A DNA stretch of 64,000 bases from NCBI GenBank assembly GCA_039802605.1, contig JBDRWW010000004.1:1-64000 (forward strand), read 5' to 3'. Below are positions 39,453-49,249 of this stretch, piece after piece; the stretch's first letter is position 1; every line of letters begins with the position of its first letter. The position numbers and the translations under genes are program-made. The notes beneath the pieces are model-generated. The model saw only the letters and a program-made list of their open reading frames with translations. It was not told the origin of the DNA and did no database searches. The stretch is from a candidate division WOR-3 bacterium (GTDB lineage Bacteria > Hydrothermota > Hydrothermia > LBFQ01).

Positions 39453-41492
39453 TCACCGTGTAAAAATCTTCAAAAGTATCCCACCGTATTTGTGGAGTAG
39501 TGGTCCAAACACCAAGGACACTATTGACATCAACTTTATTAATATGTTCATCGATGGACCCGTTGTATCCTTGAAAGGATCGCCAACGGTATCGCCCACA
39601 ACCGCAGCCTTATGGGCATCGGAACCCTTACCCCCGAAATGCCCCTCTTCAATATACTTCTTTGCGTTATCCCAAGCGCCACCGCCGTTTGCCATAAAGA
39701 TCGCTATTAGTGCCCCAACCAGCAACGAGGCACCTAGGAAGAAACCGAGGGCCTCCGTTCCAAAAAGCAATCCCACCAAGATCGGTGCCAAAACGGCGGA
39801 TATACCCGGTAAAACCATTTCCTTTAACGCCGCCTGCGTAACTATATCTATGCACTTATCGTATTGGGGCTTTGCGTTTTCGTCTTCCAGTAGTCTCAAT
39901 TCCCTAAACTGCCTCCTAACCTCTTCAACCATTTTGTTTGCCGCTCTTCCAACGGCGTTGAGGGTTAATGCCGAAATCAAAGCCGGCATTGAGGCACCCA
40001 AAAACGCGCCCACAACGCTTTCAACCTTTGAAAAGTCAAGCTTGTCAAGGCCAACCGTTTCCTTATATGCAAACAAAAGGGCCAAAGCAGCAAGTGCCGC
40101 CGAACCTATCGCAAAACCCTTACCTATCGCCGCCGTGGTATTACCCAAAGCATCAAGTTTGTCCGTTATAGACCTAACTTCCTTACCCAAATGCGACATT
40201 TCCGCAATGCCACCGGCGTTATCCGCTATGGGTCCGTAAGAGTCCGTTGTCATAACTATACCTATGGTTGCGAGCATACCAACGGCCGCCAACGAAACGC
40301 CATATATCCCAAGGCCGGGACTCCCCCAAATCTCCGCGGAGAAATAGCCCAAAAGGAGTGCCAACGCTATGGTGATAAAGGGCAAAACTACGGATTCATA
40401 GGCAACGGCAACGCCGTTTATAATAACGGTAGCAGGGCCGAATTGGGCGGATTCTGCAATCTTCTTTATAGGGTTTCCGGATGTGTAATATTCGCTTTCA
40501 AAACCTATTAGCAGTCCGGCTATTATTCCGGAAACAACTGCTATCCATGTCCCCAAATAACCCACGAGTAGGGAGTTTATAAAGTAAGAACCTATTATAA
40601 ACAAGGCGGCGGCAAATATAGTTGCGTTCCTCAAAGCGGTTTGCGGGTCCGCCTTTTTAAACAGGTCTATTGACCAAACACCCAAAAGGGAGGATATAAG
40701 ACCCCAGGCGGATAAAACAACCGGAAGGCTCGCAAATGTTAAGGATTGATCTTTTAAAGCAAAGGATGCGGCCAATGCTATTGCTACCGTGGAAACCATA
40801 CTACCCACATATGATTCGTAAAGGTCCGCACCCATTCCGGCCGTATCTCCAACATTATCCCCCACATTATCCGCTATAACCGCCGGATTTCTGGGATCAT
40901 CTTCTGGAATCCCCGCTTCAACCTTACCCACCAAATCCGCACCGACATCCGCCGCCTTTGTATATATACCTCCACCCACACGGGCAAAAAGGGCAACGGA
41001 TGATGCACCCATACCGAAACCGCTTAAAACTGTCGGATCCTTTGTGAAGTATAGCCACAAAGCGACACCCAAAAGCCCCAAGGCTGCAACGGTTATACCC
41101 ATAACCGAACCGCCCTTAAAGGCCACGGAAAGGGTATCACCGGCGTTTTTTGTCCTATAAGCGGTATAAGTCGTCCTGACATTTGCAACAGTGGCCGCCG
41201 CCATCCCAACAAAGCCCGCCAAAAGGGAAAGGAAGGCCCCGGTAATATACGCCACACCCACTATTGGCTTTATAAATACTGCAAGAACTATTGCCACTAT
41301 CAGAGCAAATATACCAATATATGTATATTCCCTTCTCAAGAACACGAACGCCCCACTTCTAATAGCCGCCGCGTATTCAAGCATTCTACCTTCACCCGCC
41401 GGAAGGGATTTTATATAAAAATATGTAAGGATTGCTACTAAAAAGCCAACCGCTCCTAAACCCGCGGATATGATAAGGATGGCCATTTCCAT
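39453..41492 (-). CDS. hppA: Membrane-bound Na+/H+-translocating pyrophosphatase, K+-dependent type
   Basis: GGIYTKAADVGADLVGKVE, EDDPRNP, DNVGDNVGD, GNTTAA (Ala indicates K+ dependence), GDTVGDPFKDT; start re-called at ATG 41492. Confidence 0.95.
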   Translation of the reverse strand: MEMAILIISAGLGAVGFLVAILTYFYIKSLPAGEGRMLEYAAAIRSGAFVFLRREYTYIGIFALIVAIVLAVFIKPIVGVAYITGAFLSLLAGFVGMAAATVANVRTTYTAYRTKNAGDTLSVAFKGGSVMGITVAALGLLGVALWLYFTKDPTVLSGFGMGASSVALFARVGGGIYTKAADVGADLVGKVEAGIPEDDPRNPAVIADNVGDNVGDTAGMGADLYESYVGSMVSTVAIALAASFALKDQSLTFASLPVVLSAWGLISSLLGVWSIDLFKKADPQTALRNATIFAAALFIIGSYFINSLLVGYLGTWIAVVSGIIAGLLIGFESEYYTSGNPIKKIAESAQFGPATVIINGVAVAYESVVLPFITIALALLLGYFSAEIWGSPGLGIYGVSLAAVGMLATIGIVMTTDSYGPIADNAGGIAEMSHLGKEVRSITDKLDALGNTTAAIGKGFAIGSAALAALALLFAYKETVGLDKLDFSKVESVVGAFLGASMPALISALTLNAVGRAANKMVEEVRRQFRELRLLEDENAKPQYDKCIDIVTQAALKEMVLPGISAVLAPILVGLLFGTEALGFFLGASLLVGALIAIFMANGGGAWDNAKKYIEEGHFGGKGSDAHKAAVVGDTVGDPFKDTTGPSMNILIKLMSIVSLVFGPLLHKYGGILLKIFTR

Positions 41493-41537
41493 AGGCGTGT
41501 ATTCTAAGGGTGAATTAACACCCCTTAAAATACCCCC

Positions 41538-42899
41538 TTGTTTGGTATTTTTGAGATTTCCCACTACTTTTATAGGGATTACGGCTGGACAAACGCCATA
41601 TTACATGGGGGAAATTCCTATATCATCTTTCAAGATTATCTATCTTCATCCATAGGAAAACGCACGAGAACATTAAATGCCAAACTTTCCTTCCATAAAC
41701 TTAACATACTTTCCGATAACACTTCATCCGTGCGCTCATCCGAGTATTCCCTAGGAATATCTTATAAAATCTCAAATATAGAAGTGGGTGGGGACTTACG
41801 CTTTATAAGGTCGGGTATAATAACGAACAACTCCGGGATATTCCTTTTATTCTCCCCATTAAACCTTAGGGTGGAATACCGCCCACTTCTAAAAACACTC
41901 TTTTTATCCCCAAATATAAGAATAACAAAGTTTAATCACAAATTCACCCTATCTTCGAACGCCGAATACTTTAAATATTCCCTCCCCGGTTTCTCCGAAG
42001 AGGGTTATAGGTATAATTTTAGACCAAGTATATCCTTTGGAAAATCCATAGGGTACAATGCCCATGTGTTATTTGAGAACACGAATTACATAACATCCCC
42101 CACAAAAAACAGGCAAACAACGCTCGGATACTTGGAATTATTCTTAAACCAAAACCTTTGGATAACATCCCATAACATCAAACTTTTAAGGTCTTTGGGG
42201 GAAACAAACTTCCCCGCATTTTCATCCGACAAGTGGGAGGATGTTATCAGGTTTGATTATTCTCCGAAAATATACGACTTTATAGGGTTTAACCTTTACA
42301 TAAGGAGGCTTTTAAACATTTATTCGGGTGTTTTGGATTACCAATCATTCGGTTTGAGGGAAACATTTTCCGAAGGCGAGGTTCTTGCAAAAGACTTTAA
42401 AATCTACCTATCAAGAAAAAGAGAAGATTATGTATATCTCCACCCCTTGAGGTCGTCGGAGAGTAAGGGTTTAACAAAGTATTCCTTGGGGTTTAATTCC
42501 TATATGGGTTCTATTACCATACGTGGGGAACTGGTGGCAATTTACACCCTTTACAGGTTTAAGCCTTCGGAAAACAACCTTAGTAGGTATTTGGAAATTG
42601 AGATAAATTACAAGGGAAATGCCGAAGGGAATTTTAAAATCAGGTTTTCGGACATAGGGTGGTTGTCCAACAACATATATTACAGAACCCTGAATTACAC
42701 AAACATATATTCGCAAGGATGGGTACCATTATTAACGGTTTTGAACTCTAAAATTGGTGGTATTTTCGGTATAAAGCCGGACGGTGCGGGGGTGGGAATA
42801 GGTAGTAGGTTTCCGGGTGGTGAAATGTATATTATGAAAAGGGCAGAGGATAAAAAAAGGTTTTGGGAATTCTCCCTAAGATTCAGCACACCGGTATAA
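41538..42899 (+). CDS. Hypothetical protein, probable outer-membrane beta-barrel
   Basis: Alternating aromatic beta-strand pattern; TTG start 6 nt after TAAAAT. Confidence 0.55.
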   Translation: MFGIFEISHYFYRDYGWTNAILHGGNSYIIFQDYLSSSIGKRTRTLNAKLSFHKLNILSDNTSSVRSSEYSLGISYKISNIEVGGDLRFIRSGIITNNSGIFLLFSPLNLRVEYRPLLKTLFLSPNIRITKFNHKFTLSSNAEYFKYSLPGFSEEGYRYNFRPSISFGKSIGYNAHVLFENTNYITSPTKNRQTTLGYLELFLNQNLWITSHNIKLLRSLGETNFPAFSSDKWEDVIRFDYSPKIYDFIGFNLYIRRLLNIYSGVLDYQSFGLRETFSEGEVLAKDFKIYLSRKREDYVYLHPLRSSESKGLTKYSLGFNSYMGSITIRGELVAIYTLYRFKPSENNLSRYLEIEINYKGNAEGNFKIRFSDIGWLSNNIYYRTLNYTNIYSQGWVPLLTVLNSKIGGIFGIKPDGAGVGIGSRFPGGEMYIMKRAEDKKRFWEFSLRFSTPV

Positions 42900-42908
42900 T
42901 TCCCGTTT

Positions 42909-43310
42909 GTGAAAGTTGATAAAACCTTCCTCCTTAGGGGTTTGTGGGTTGTTATAGCGGCCCTTACTTTGTTATTCTTTATAATTTCCGTTATACCCAA
43001 AAATAAAAAGGAAAAACCTTATACGAGCATAACCGACGAAAAACTCGATGTGGTTGTATTAAACGGCACAAAGATGGACAAATTGGCGTATACCGTATCC
43101 CAGTATTTGAAGGGTAAAGGGGTAGATGTTATATATTACGGAAATGCCGACAGTATATACTCGCATACCCTAATAATAGACCGCAGGGATAGTATAAATT
43201 TATCTTATGCCAAGAGGGTTGCGAGGTTTATAAAAGGGAAAATCATGTATATGCCCGACCCCGATAACATCGCCCCGGTTTTCGTAATACTCGGAAACGA
43301 TTACAAATGA
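42909..43310 (+). CDS. LytR C-terminal domain membrane protein
   Basis: One TM segment, then VVVLNGT...LA...YGNAD...VILGNDY. Confidence 0.8.
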   Translation: MKVDKTFLLRGLWVVIAALTLLFFIISVIPKNKKEKPYTSITDEKLDVVVLNGTKMDKLAYTVSQYLKGKGVDVIYYGNADSIYSHTLIIDRRDSINLSYAKRVARFIKGKIMYMPDPDNIAPVFVILGNDYK

Positions 43311-45007
43311 TAACCCTTTTAGTATCGCTTAATATAACCGACATTAGGGTTTCCGGAAACCGTTTTTTAAAAAGCGATTTTATAAAGTCCGTATTAGGTT
43401 ATAAGAGGAATTTCATTTTCTTTAAAAAATACCCAAAGTTTTCCCCTTTTGCGATAAAGAGGGGTATTGAAGTTTTGGAAGGAGTTTATACGGACAGCGG
43501 TTTTTTTGATGTCAAAATTGAATGGAACAGAAGCGTTGAGAAAAACGGCGTTGTGATATTTTTAAACATTTACGAGGGTAAAAGGTATGTTATAAACGAC
43601 ATTGTTGTTCCTGAGGATTTACGGATAAAATTTTCCCTTCCAAAGCCCTATACCATAACATATGTATCCAGCGTAGAGGAAAAAATCCTAAGTTATTATA
43701 GGAATCACGGGTATCCCTTTGTTGAAGTAAATAGGGAAGAATACAAGGACTACGAGAACAAAACCGTAAAAATCGTTTTTTCCGCTTCAAAGGGTGATAG
43801 AATAATTATTAGAAATGTAATTTGGAAAAGCGCCGACACCACAAAACCTTTAAACACCCGCTGGAAGATTTTCAAAAGGGAAATAAAGGTAAAGGGTGGA
43901 GAGTTTTTTAAGGAAAGGGATGTGGAGGAAAGCATAAGCCGTTTATACAGAACACAATTGTTTAACACCGTATTTTGGAAGCTTGAAAATGTCAAAGACG
44001 GATATGCCGACTTGGTGTTTTATGTAAAGGAAGGCCCTCCGAGGATCTTGGATTTAAGCTTTGGTTTTCAAAGCGAGACCAAGCACCCAATACTTATAAA
44101 ACTTGAAAATGTATTCCAACACATAAACCTATTCAACAACCTCCAAAGGGTTCAGCTATCTTCCTATTTATTGGTTGATGTTGCAAATACAAACCTAAAC
44201 GCTTATAACATAAGGGTCTTATATCAAGAACCATACTTTTTGGATTTTAACCTCCGTGCAAATTTTAACATTCCGGTTTTTTACGATCGTGATAGAAACC
44301 TTTTTCAATACGGATTGGCGGGGGAAATTACCAAACCCTATTTTTTTGGCGAAAATAACTCTTTAAACTTTGGGCTATCTTACGACAAAAGGAAGGCGTT
44401 ATCCGATGAACAGGGTTATGACATATTCCGCCTTTATCAAAGCGTGTTTTTTGATACCCGGGATAATATATTTGATCCGGACTTTGGGAGCTTCCTTAGG
44501 TTTGAAATTTATGAAGCGGGCTTTGGTTATTTGGGTAATTACGATTATATAAAATGGGTATCGGATATCTCACTTTATCAAAGGTTCTTTTTAAGCGAGT
44601 GGAAATGGGCCCTTAGATTATATTTTGGGGGTATTTCCCCGTATATAAGAAGCGATACCCTTCCCATAATAGACCTTTTTACCGTAGGCGGTGAGGGACA
44701 AGTTAGGGGATATGATAGGTTTTCCATAGGACCGGATTTAAAGCGATGCTATTCATACATATGTAAAGCCGGCCGGTATCCCCTTCTGTTTAATTACGAG
44801 ATAAGGAGAAAAATAAACGATTACTGGGGTTTTGTCCTGTTCTTTGATTATGGGTATTTGGATGGGGATAAGGGGTACTCCGGTGGAATGGGTATAAGGT
44901 ATTTTACACCCATAGGGCCCATAAGGTTTGATTGGGCTATAAAATTAAAGGAAAGATCTCCCACGGATAGGGGAAAGATTTATATAAGTCTAGGTCATAT
45001 GTTTTAA
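43307..45007 (+). CDS. BamA/TamA (Omp85) family outer-membrane protein
   Basis: POTRA-like repeats, VRGY motif (GQVRGYD), GIRYFTPIGPIRFDWA, terminal Phe. Confidence 0.9.
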   Translation: MITLLVSLNITDIRVSGNRFLKSDFIKSVLGYKRNFIFFKKYPKFSPFAIKRGIEVLEGVYTDSGFFDVKIEWNRSVEKNGVVIFLNIYEGKRYVINDIVVPEDLRIKFSLPKPYTITYVSSVEEKILSYYRNHGYPFVEVNREEYKDYENKTVKIVFSASKGDRIIIRNVIWKSADTTKPLNTRWKIFKREIKVKGGEFFKERDVEESISRLYRTQLFNTVFWKLENVKDGYADLVFYVKEGPPRILDLSFGFQSETKHPILIKLENVFQHINLFNNLQRVQLSSYLLVDVANTNLNAYNIRVLYQEPYFLDFNLRANFNIPVFYDRDRNLFQYGLAGEITKPYFFGENNSLNFGLSYDKRKALSDEQGYDIFRLYQSVFFDTRDNIFDPDFGSFLRFEIYEAGFGYLGNYDYIKWVSDISLYQRFFLSEWKWALRLYFGGISPYIRSDTLPIIDLFTVGGEGQVRGYDRFSIGPDLKRCYSYICKAGRYPLLFNYEIRRKINDYWGFVLFFDYGYLDGDKGYSGGMGIRYFTPIGPIRFDWAIKLKERSPTDRGKIYISLGHMF

Positions 45008-45027
45008 CGGCCTTAGAATACACATAT

Positions 45028-46095
45028 ATGGTTGCACCTTTTAAAAGGAGGAAGAGCAGGGAAGTTAGAATCGGAAATGTCGTTATAGGGGGTGATAACC
45101 CCATTGCGGTACAATCAATGACAACAACGGATACAAACGATGTTGAGGCTACTATTGCCCAAATAGAGAGGCTAGTCAATGCGGGTTGTGAAATAGTCAG
45201 GGTTGCCGTTCCCTCGAGAAAAACCGTTGAACCCTTTAAAAGGATAGTTGAACATTTTAAGGGTAGGGTTCCAATAGTTGCCGATATCCATTTTGATTAT
45301 AAAATAGCCATAATGGCCGCGGATGCGGGGGCGGATAAGATAAGGATCAACCCGGGAAACATTGGGGGTTTTGACAAGGTTAAAGAGGTCATAGCGGCCG
45401 CAAAGGCAAACAATATTCCTATAAGGATAGGCGTAAACTCCGGCTCCCTTGAAATGGATCTAATTGATAAATACGGCGGGGTAAACGCCGACGCCCTCGT
45501 TGAAAGCGCGGTTAGGTGGGTAAGATTTTTTGAGGAACAAAACTTTTACGATATCGTCGTATCGGTTAAGTCCGCCTATGTTCCCCAAATGATAGAGGCT
45601 TATAGAAAGGTGGCACAACTGATAGATTACCCATTACATTTGGGCGTTACGGAAGCCGGCACTCCAAAGACCGGTATAATAAAATCCGCCATAGGTATAG
45701 GTACCCTTTTGGCAGAGGGCATAGGGGATACTTTTAGGGTTTCTTTAACCGCAGACCCAGTGGAAGAGGTTAGGGTTGCTTGGGAAATACTAAAATCCCT
45801 ACAACTCAGGACAAGGGGTATAATGCTTATAGCATGCCCAACCTGTGGTAGAACAAAGATAGACCTCATATCCCTTGCGGAAAAGGTAGAAAAGGCTCTG
45901 GATGGGGTTAATAAGAACTTGAAGGTTGCGGTTATGGGTTGCGAGGTAAACGGCCCGGGCGAGGCTAGGGAGGCGGACATAGGCATAGCGGCGGGTAAGG
46001 GGCAGGGAATACTCTTTATCAAGGGGAAACCCGTAAAAAGGTTAAAGGAGGAGGAGCTGTTAGACGCTTTGCTTGAAGAGATAGAAAAGCTATGA
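45028..46095 (+). CDS. ispG: (E)-4-hydroxy-3-methylbut-2-enyl-diphosphate synthase
   Basis: VQSMTTT, ADIHFD, RINPGNIG, HLGVTEAG, ACPTCGR, GCEVNGPGE. Confidence 0.97.
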   Translation: MVAPFKRRKSREVRIGNVVIGGDNPIAVQSMTTTDTNDVEATIAQIERLVNAGCEIVRVAVPSRKTVEPFKRIVEHFKGRVPIVADIHFDYKIAIMAADAGADKIRINPGNIGGFDKVKEVIAAAKANNIPIRIGVNSGSLEMDLIDKYGGVNADALVESAVRWVRFFEEQNFYDIVVSVKSAYVPQMIEAYRKVAQLIDYPLHLGVTEAGTPKTGIIKSAIGIGTLLAEGIGDTFRVSLTADPVEEVRVAWEILKSLQLRTRGIMLIACPTCGRTKIDLISLAEKVEKALDGVNKNLKVAVMGCEVNGPGEAREADIGIAAGKGQGILFIKGKPVKRLKEEELLDALLEEIEKL

Positions 46096-47270
46096 TTTTG
46101 GTAATCTTGTGTCAGCTCTTAATGGGTCAAGGTGGGGAAAGAGGTGAAGGAATATCAATTGAGCAGCAAACCGGAAAGGTAAGGTATCCGTTCTCGGCAA
46201 CCCCGACCATATACGACACCCTAAGGTTTCGTTCTATTATAACAGAAAAGGGCTTTATAATACCCCCAAAGGATTATACGTTTTTACCCGGTGATATTGT
46301 AGTTATTAGGTTGTCCGGCGATGTACCTTACGAATATTCTACCGTAATAGATTATAGTGGCAAAATCCCCATATATCTACCTACGGGGAAAACGGGCTTT
46401 TCTGTTGAAATTGCAAATATACCCTACGATTCCCTATTGAACTACTTAAATAGAATTATCGAGAAGCGATTGAGGAACTACAAAGTCAACGTATTTCTAA
46501 AACTACCGTCAATTTTCCCAGTTAGGTTTGAAGGTGAGGTTGTTAATGTTATGGATATTTATGTTGACGGTTTAACGCGTTTGCACGATGCTTTAAAATA
46601 CATATCTTTAAAACCCAACGCATCGAGGGATAGGTTTTTAATAACAATTGGGGATACCGGTTTTTTGGTGGATTTAAGGAATCTGTTTGAAAAGGGGGAT
46701 TTATATTCAAGCCCACTATTAAAACCCAATATGACAATTGGTGTTTTATCCGATTCGTCCTTTTGTACGGTTATGGTAGAAGGTTTTCAAAATGTTAATT
46801 GCAGCGAAGGGGAAAGCGTTATATCCGTTTTTAGAAAGGCAACCTTTATGAACCCCGTTTATAAACCCATAGGTTTTGCCGTTAAAAGAAGGGGTTTTGA
46901 ATTTACCAATGGCGATTATGCCGTTAAAGTAGGGGATACTATTTTCCCCATTTTTGGAATGGATAGCGTGTTCGTTTCCGGTTATGTGAATAAACCCACA
47001 ACGGTTGCATATGTCCCAATGGCAACGGTTGCATATTATGTATCGCAGGCGGGGGGTTTTAGGGATAACGCAACTATTGGGAAATATCTCCTCATTTCAA
47101 AGGATGGTAAAGAAAAAACCGTTGATGACACCTATATACCCATGCCGGGTGATGTTATATATGTAAAAAAGTCGTTTATAACTTTGAGGGAATTTTTGTT
47201 TTATACATCCTCGCTTGTGGGTATGACCGCCGCTTTATTGAATACATACCTAATTTTAAGAAGCAGATGA
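46092..47270 (+). CDS. SLBB-domain polysaccharide export protein (Wza/KpsD-like)
   Basis: DYTFLPGD Poly_export motif; SLBB repeats (VSGYVNKP, QAGGF, PGDVIYV); C-terminal hydrophobic helix. Confidence 0.7.
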   Translation: MILVILCQLLMGQGGERGEGISIEQQTGKVRYPFSATPTIYDTLRFRSIITEKGFIIPPKDYTFLPGDIVVIRLSGDVPYEYSTVIDYSGKIPIYLPTGKTGFSVEIANIPYDSLLNYLNRIIEKRLRNYKVNVFLKLPSIFPVRFEGEVVNVMDIYVDGLTRLHDALKYISLKPNASRDRFLITIGDTGFLVDLRNLFEKGDLYSSPLLKPNMTIGVLSDSSFCTVMVEGFQNVNCSEGESVISVFRKATFMNPVYKPIGFAVKRRGFEFTNGDYAVKVGDTIFPIFGMDSVFVSGYVNKPTTVAYVPMATVAYYVSQAGGFRDNATIGKYLLISKDGKEKTVDDTYIPMPGDVIYVKKSFITLREFLFYTSSLVGMTAALLNTYLILRSR

Positions 47271-48316
47271 TATTTTTAACTTTGTACTTTCAGGATAGTA
47301 CGGGTGGCATATTCATAGTACCGAAGGATTATACCATAAACCCTGGGGATTTGTTAAGAATATCCATATACTCCAAAAGCGTTAAAACCTTGGATTATAC
47401 GGATTATGTCGATAATGATGGCTTTTTTCCGCTTATATTTTCCCCTAATTCAAAACCCGAAAGGGTAAAGCTTTTAGGTTTAACGCTTGATTCCGCATCA
47501 AAAGTTATACTTAACATGTTCAGAAATTTCGTTAAAATAAAAGGCATTGATGGGGTTTCCGTAAACCTTGTAAAACCATCGGAGTTTTATGTGTATATTT
47601 ATGGAAATGTGCAGAAATCCGGCCCATTAAAGGTTAATTCCTTAACCAGATTGTCCGATGTTATATTCAGCGAAAATGTTTTACCGTTTTCAGCATTGAG
47701 TAGGGTTGTTTTAAACGGCAATGTTTTATCCATATGGAGGGGCTTGCGCGGGGATATTAAAAACAACCCCTTACTTAAAAATGTGGATAGTATATTTGTT
47801 CCAAAAACCGATAGCGTGGTTTATGTTGTGGGATATTTAACCGATGGTTTTATAAAACCTGTTGAATATAATTCCGGTGATGATGTTTTTACGATAATTT
47901 GGAAAATTGGTTATGGGAAGGATTTGTATAAAATATTTAAGGCCTTTATAAACGGCAAAATTGCGGATTTAAACGATAAAGTCTCGCCAGGAGATACCAT
48001 AAGTTTAATGATTTTCCCGAATTATGTTATAGTGGTTGGTGAGGTTTCAGAACCTAAGCGCGTGGAGTATCAACCGGGTTTAACGGTTTTGGATTATATA
48101 AACCTTGCCGGAGGCTTTTCTGATAGGGCGGATAAGAGAAGGATATCTATAAAAATGTTTTGGAATAATAGAACAAAAAGGGTTCCTCTGGATTATAAAC
48201 CCATGCCCGGAGATGCGATATATGTTCCAAGAGTAATTTTAACATATCAGGAGATCCTTTCCACATTATCCTTTATTTTATCGGCTACAACGCTATACTT
48301 TGTAATTACCAAGTAG
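47267..48316 (+). CDS. SLBB-domain polysaccharide export protein (paralog)
   Basis: DYTINPGD, VVGEVSEP, LAGGFSDRA, PGDAIYVP; C-terminal hydrophobic helix. Confidence 0.7.
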   Translation: MIFLTLYFQDSTGGIFIVPKDYTINPGDLLRISIYSKSVKTLDYTDYVDNDGFFPLIFSPNSKPERVKLLGLTLDSASKVILNMFRNFVKIKGIDGVSVNLVKPSEFYVYIYGNVQKSGPLKVNSLTRLSDVIFSENVLPFSALSRVVLNGNVLSIWRGLRGDIKNNPLLKNVDSIFVPKTDSVVYVVGYLTDGFIKPVEYNSGDDVFTIIWKIGYGKDLYKIFKAFINGKIADLNDKVSPGDTISLMIFPNYVIVVGEVSEPKRVEYQPGLTVLDYINLAGGFSDRADKRRISIKMFWNNRTKRVPLDYKPMPGDAIYVPRVILTYQEILSTLSFILSATTLYFVITK

Positions 48317-49036
48317 ATTTTGATAAATGGGGGTTAATTTTGAAGGTAAGGAAAATGTAAAATCAATAATCTTATAAAAGTCCAGCAATTTTTGTTTAAG
48401 GGAAATATCCGTAATAAATACGGGTATCCTCGGTATTTGAAAGGGTTTTAATTCCTTTTTGGTACCGCTTATACCCGAAAATGCAAACTTATATCCCAAT
48501 TCTTTCATAAAATTTTCCGCCCGCTTATCGTAAATTCCAAAAGGGTAGGAAAAGTGTATAACTTCTTTACCCGTAAGGTCTTCCAAATACTTTTTTGAAT
48601 ATTCCAACTCGTATTTGATCTGCGCATCATCTAGGAGTTTAAAACTCCTGTGGGTTTTTCCATGAGATCCTATTATCCAACCTCTTTGGGATAACTCAAC
48701 TATTTGTTGCTTATCCATATGATAAACAGGGGTCAAAAAGTGGGCATCCCATAAATTCTTTTTCCCTATAAAATCAACAACAACGAATATTATACCCCTT
48801 AAACCGTACTCTTCCATTAAAGGATAAGCATACTTATAAACACCCATTAGGGCATCATCAAAAGTTAGTAAAAACTCATTTTCCCTTAATCTTAAAGGAT
48901 TATTACCATTACCAGGTATAAAGACCTTTTTGAGAAAATTCAAGTGTTTTTTAAACTGCGATGGAAAAACCCAATTGCCGGCTAAATACGGTTTTTTTGA
49001 AATGTTGTGATAGTTAAAAATTAAGGGATATCGCAA
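48293..49036 (-). CDS. Polysaccharide deacetylase (CE4) family protein
   Basis: FNYHNI, LTFDD, GSHGKTH, FSYPFG. Confidence 0.85.
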   Translation of the reverse strand: MRYPLIFNYHNISKKPYLAGNWVFPSQFKKHLNFLKKVFIPGNGNNPLRLRENEFLLTFDDALMGVYKYAYPLMEEYGLRGIIFVVVDFIGKKNLWDAHFLTPVYHMDKQQIVELSQRGWIIGSHGKTHRSFKLLDDAQIKYELEYSKKYLEDLTGKEVIHFSYPFGIYDKRAENFMKELGYKFAFSGISGTKKELKPFQIPRIPVFITDISLKQKLLDFYKIIDFTFSLPSKLTPIYQNLLGNYKV

Positions 49037-49168
49037 GCGTTTATTATAACGGTGTTTGTGAAGGATATAAATGTTTGGTTATTTAAATTATTGTAAAATG
49101 TTTAATATACGGATTTTATTTGTATAAATTGAAGTATCGCAACGGTTATAAATTATTTAAGCGTTAAT

Positions 49169-49196
49169 TTGACAATTTAACTAATGTAATTATAAT
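49169..49196 (+). promoter_or_regulatory. Consensus sigma70-like TTGACA-N16-TATAAT in a very AT-rich intergenic region
   Basis: TTGACA 49169-49174 and TATAAT 49191-49196; points antisense into the antiporter 3' end. Confidence 0.3.
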
Positions 49197-49249
49197 TTAT
49201 AATATTGATTATTTTATACGGGTTATTTTGTGCATTATACACATTGCCC

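Noticed and set aside
39288..39455. UGA read-through or selenocysteine extension of hppA (frame continues through two TGA codons)
   Set aside because: HppA is already complete and the extension resembles no protein; a structured RNA explains the region better.
39391..40239. 282-aa plus-strand ORF and the many other short antisense or overlapping ORFs
   Set aside because: Shadow frames of well-supported genes such as hppA, sprA and asnB, with no motifs.
41493..41564. Longer hppA N-terminus (also the longer FIST and manC starts)
   Set aside because: The extensions run through -10 boxes or neighbouring genes; the shorter starts fit family N-termini and the local promoter geometry.
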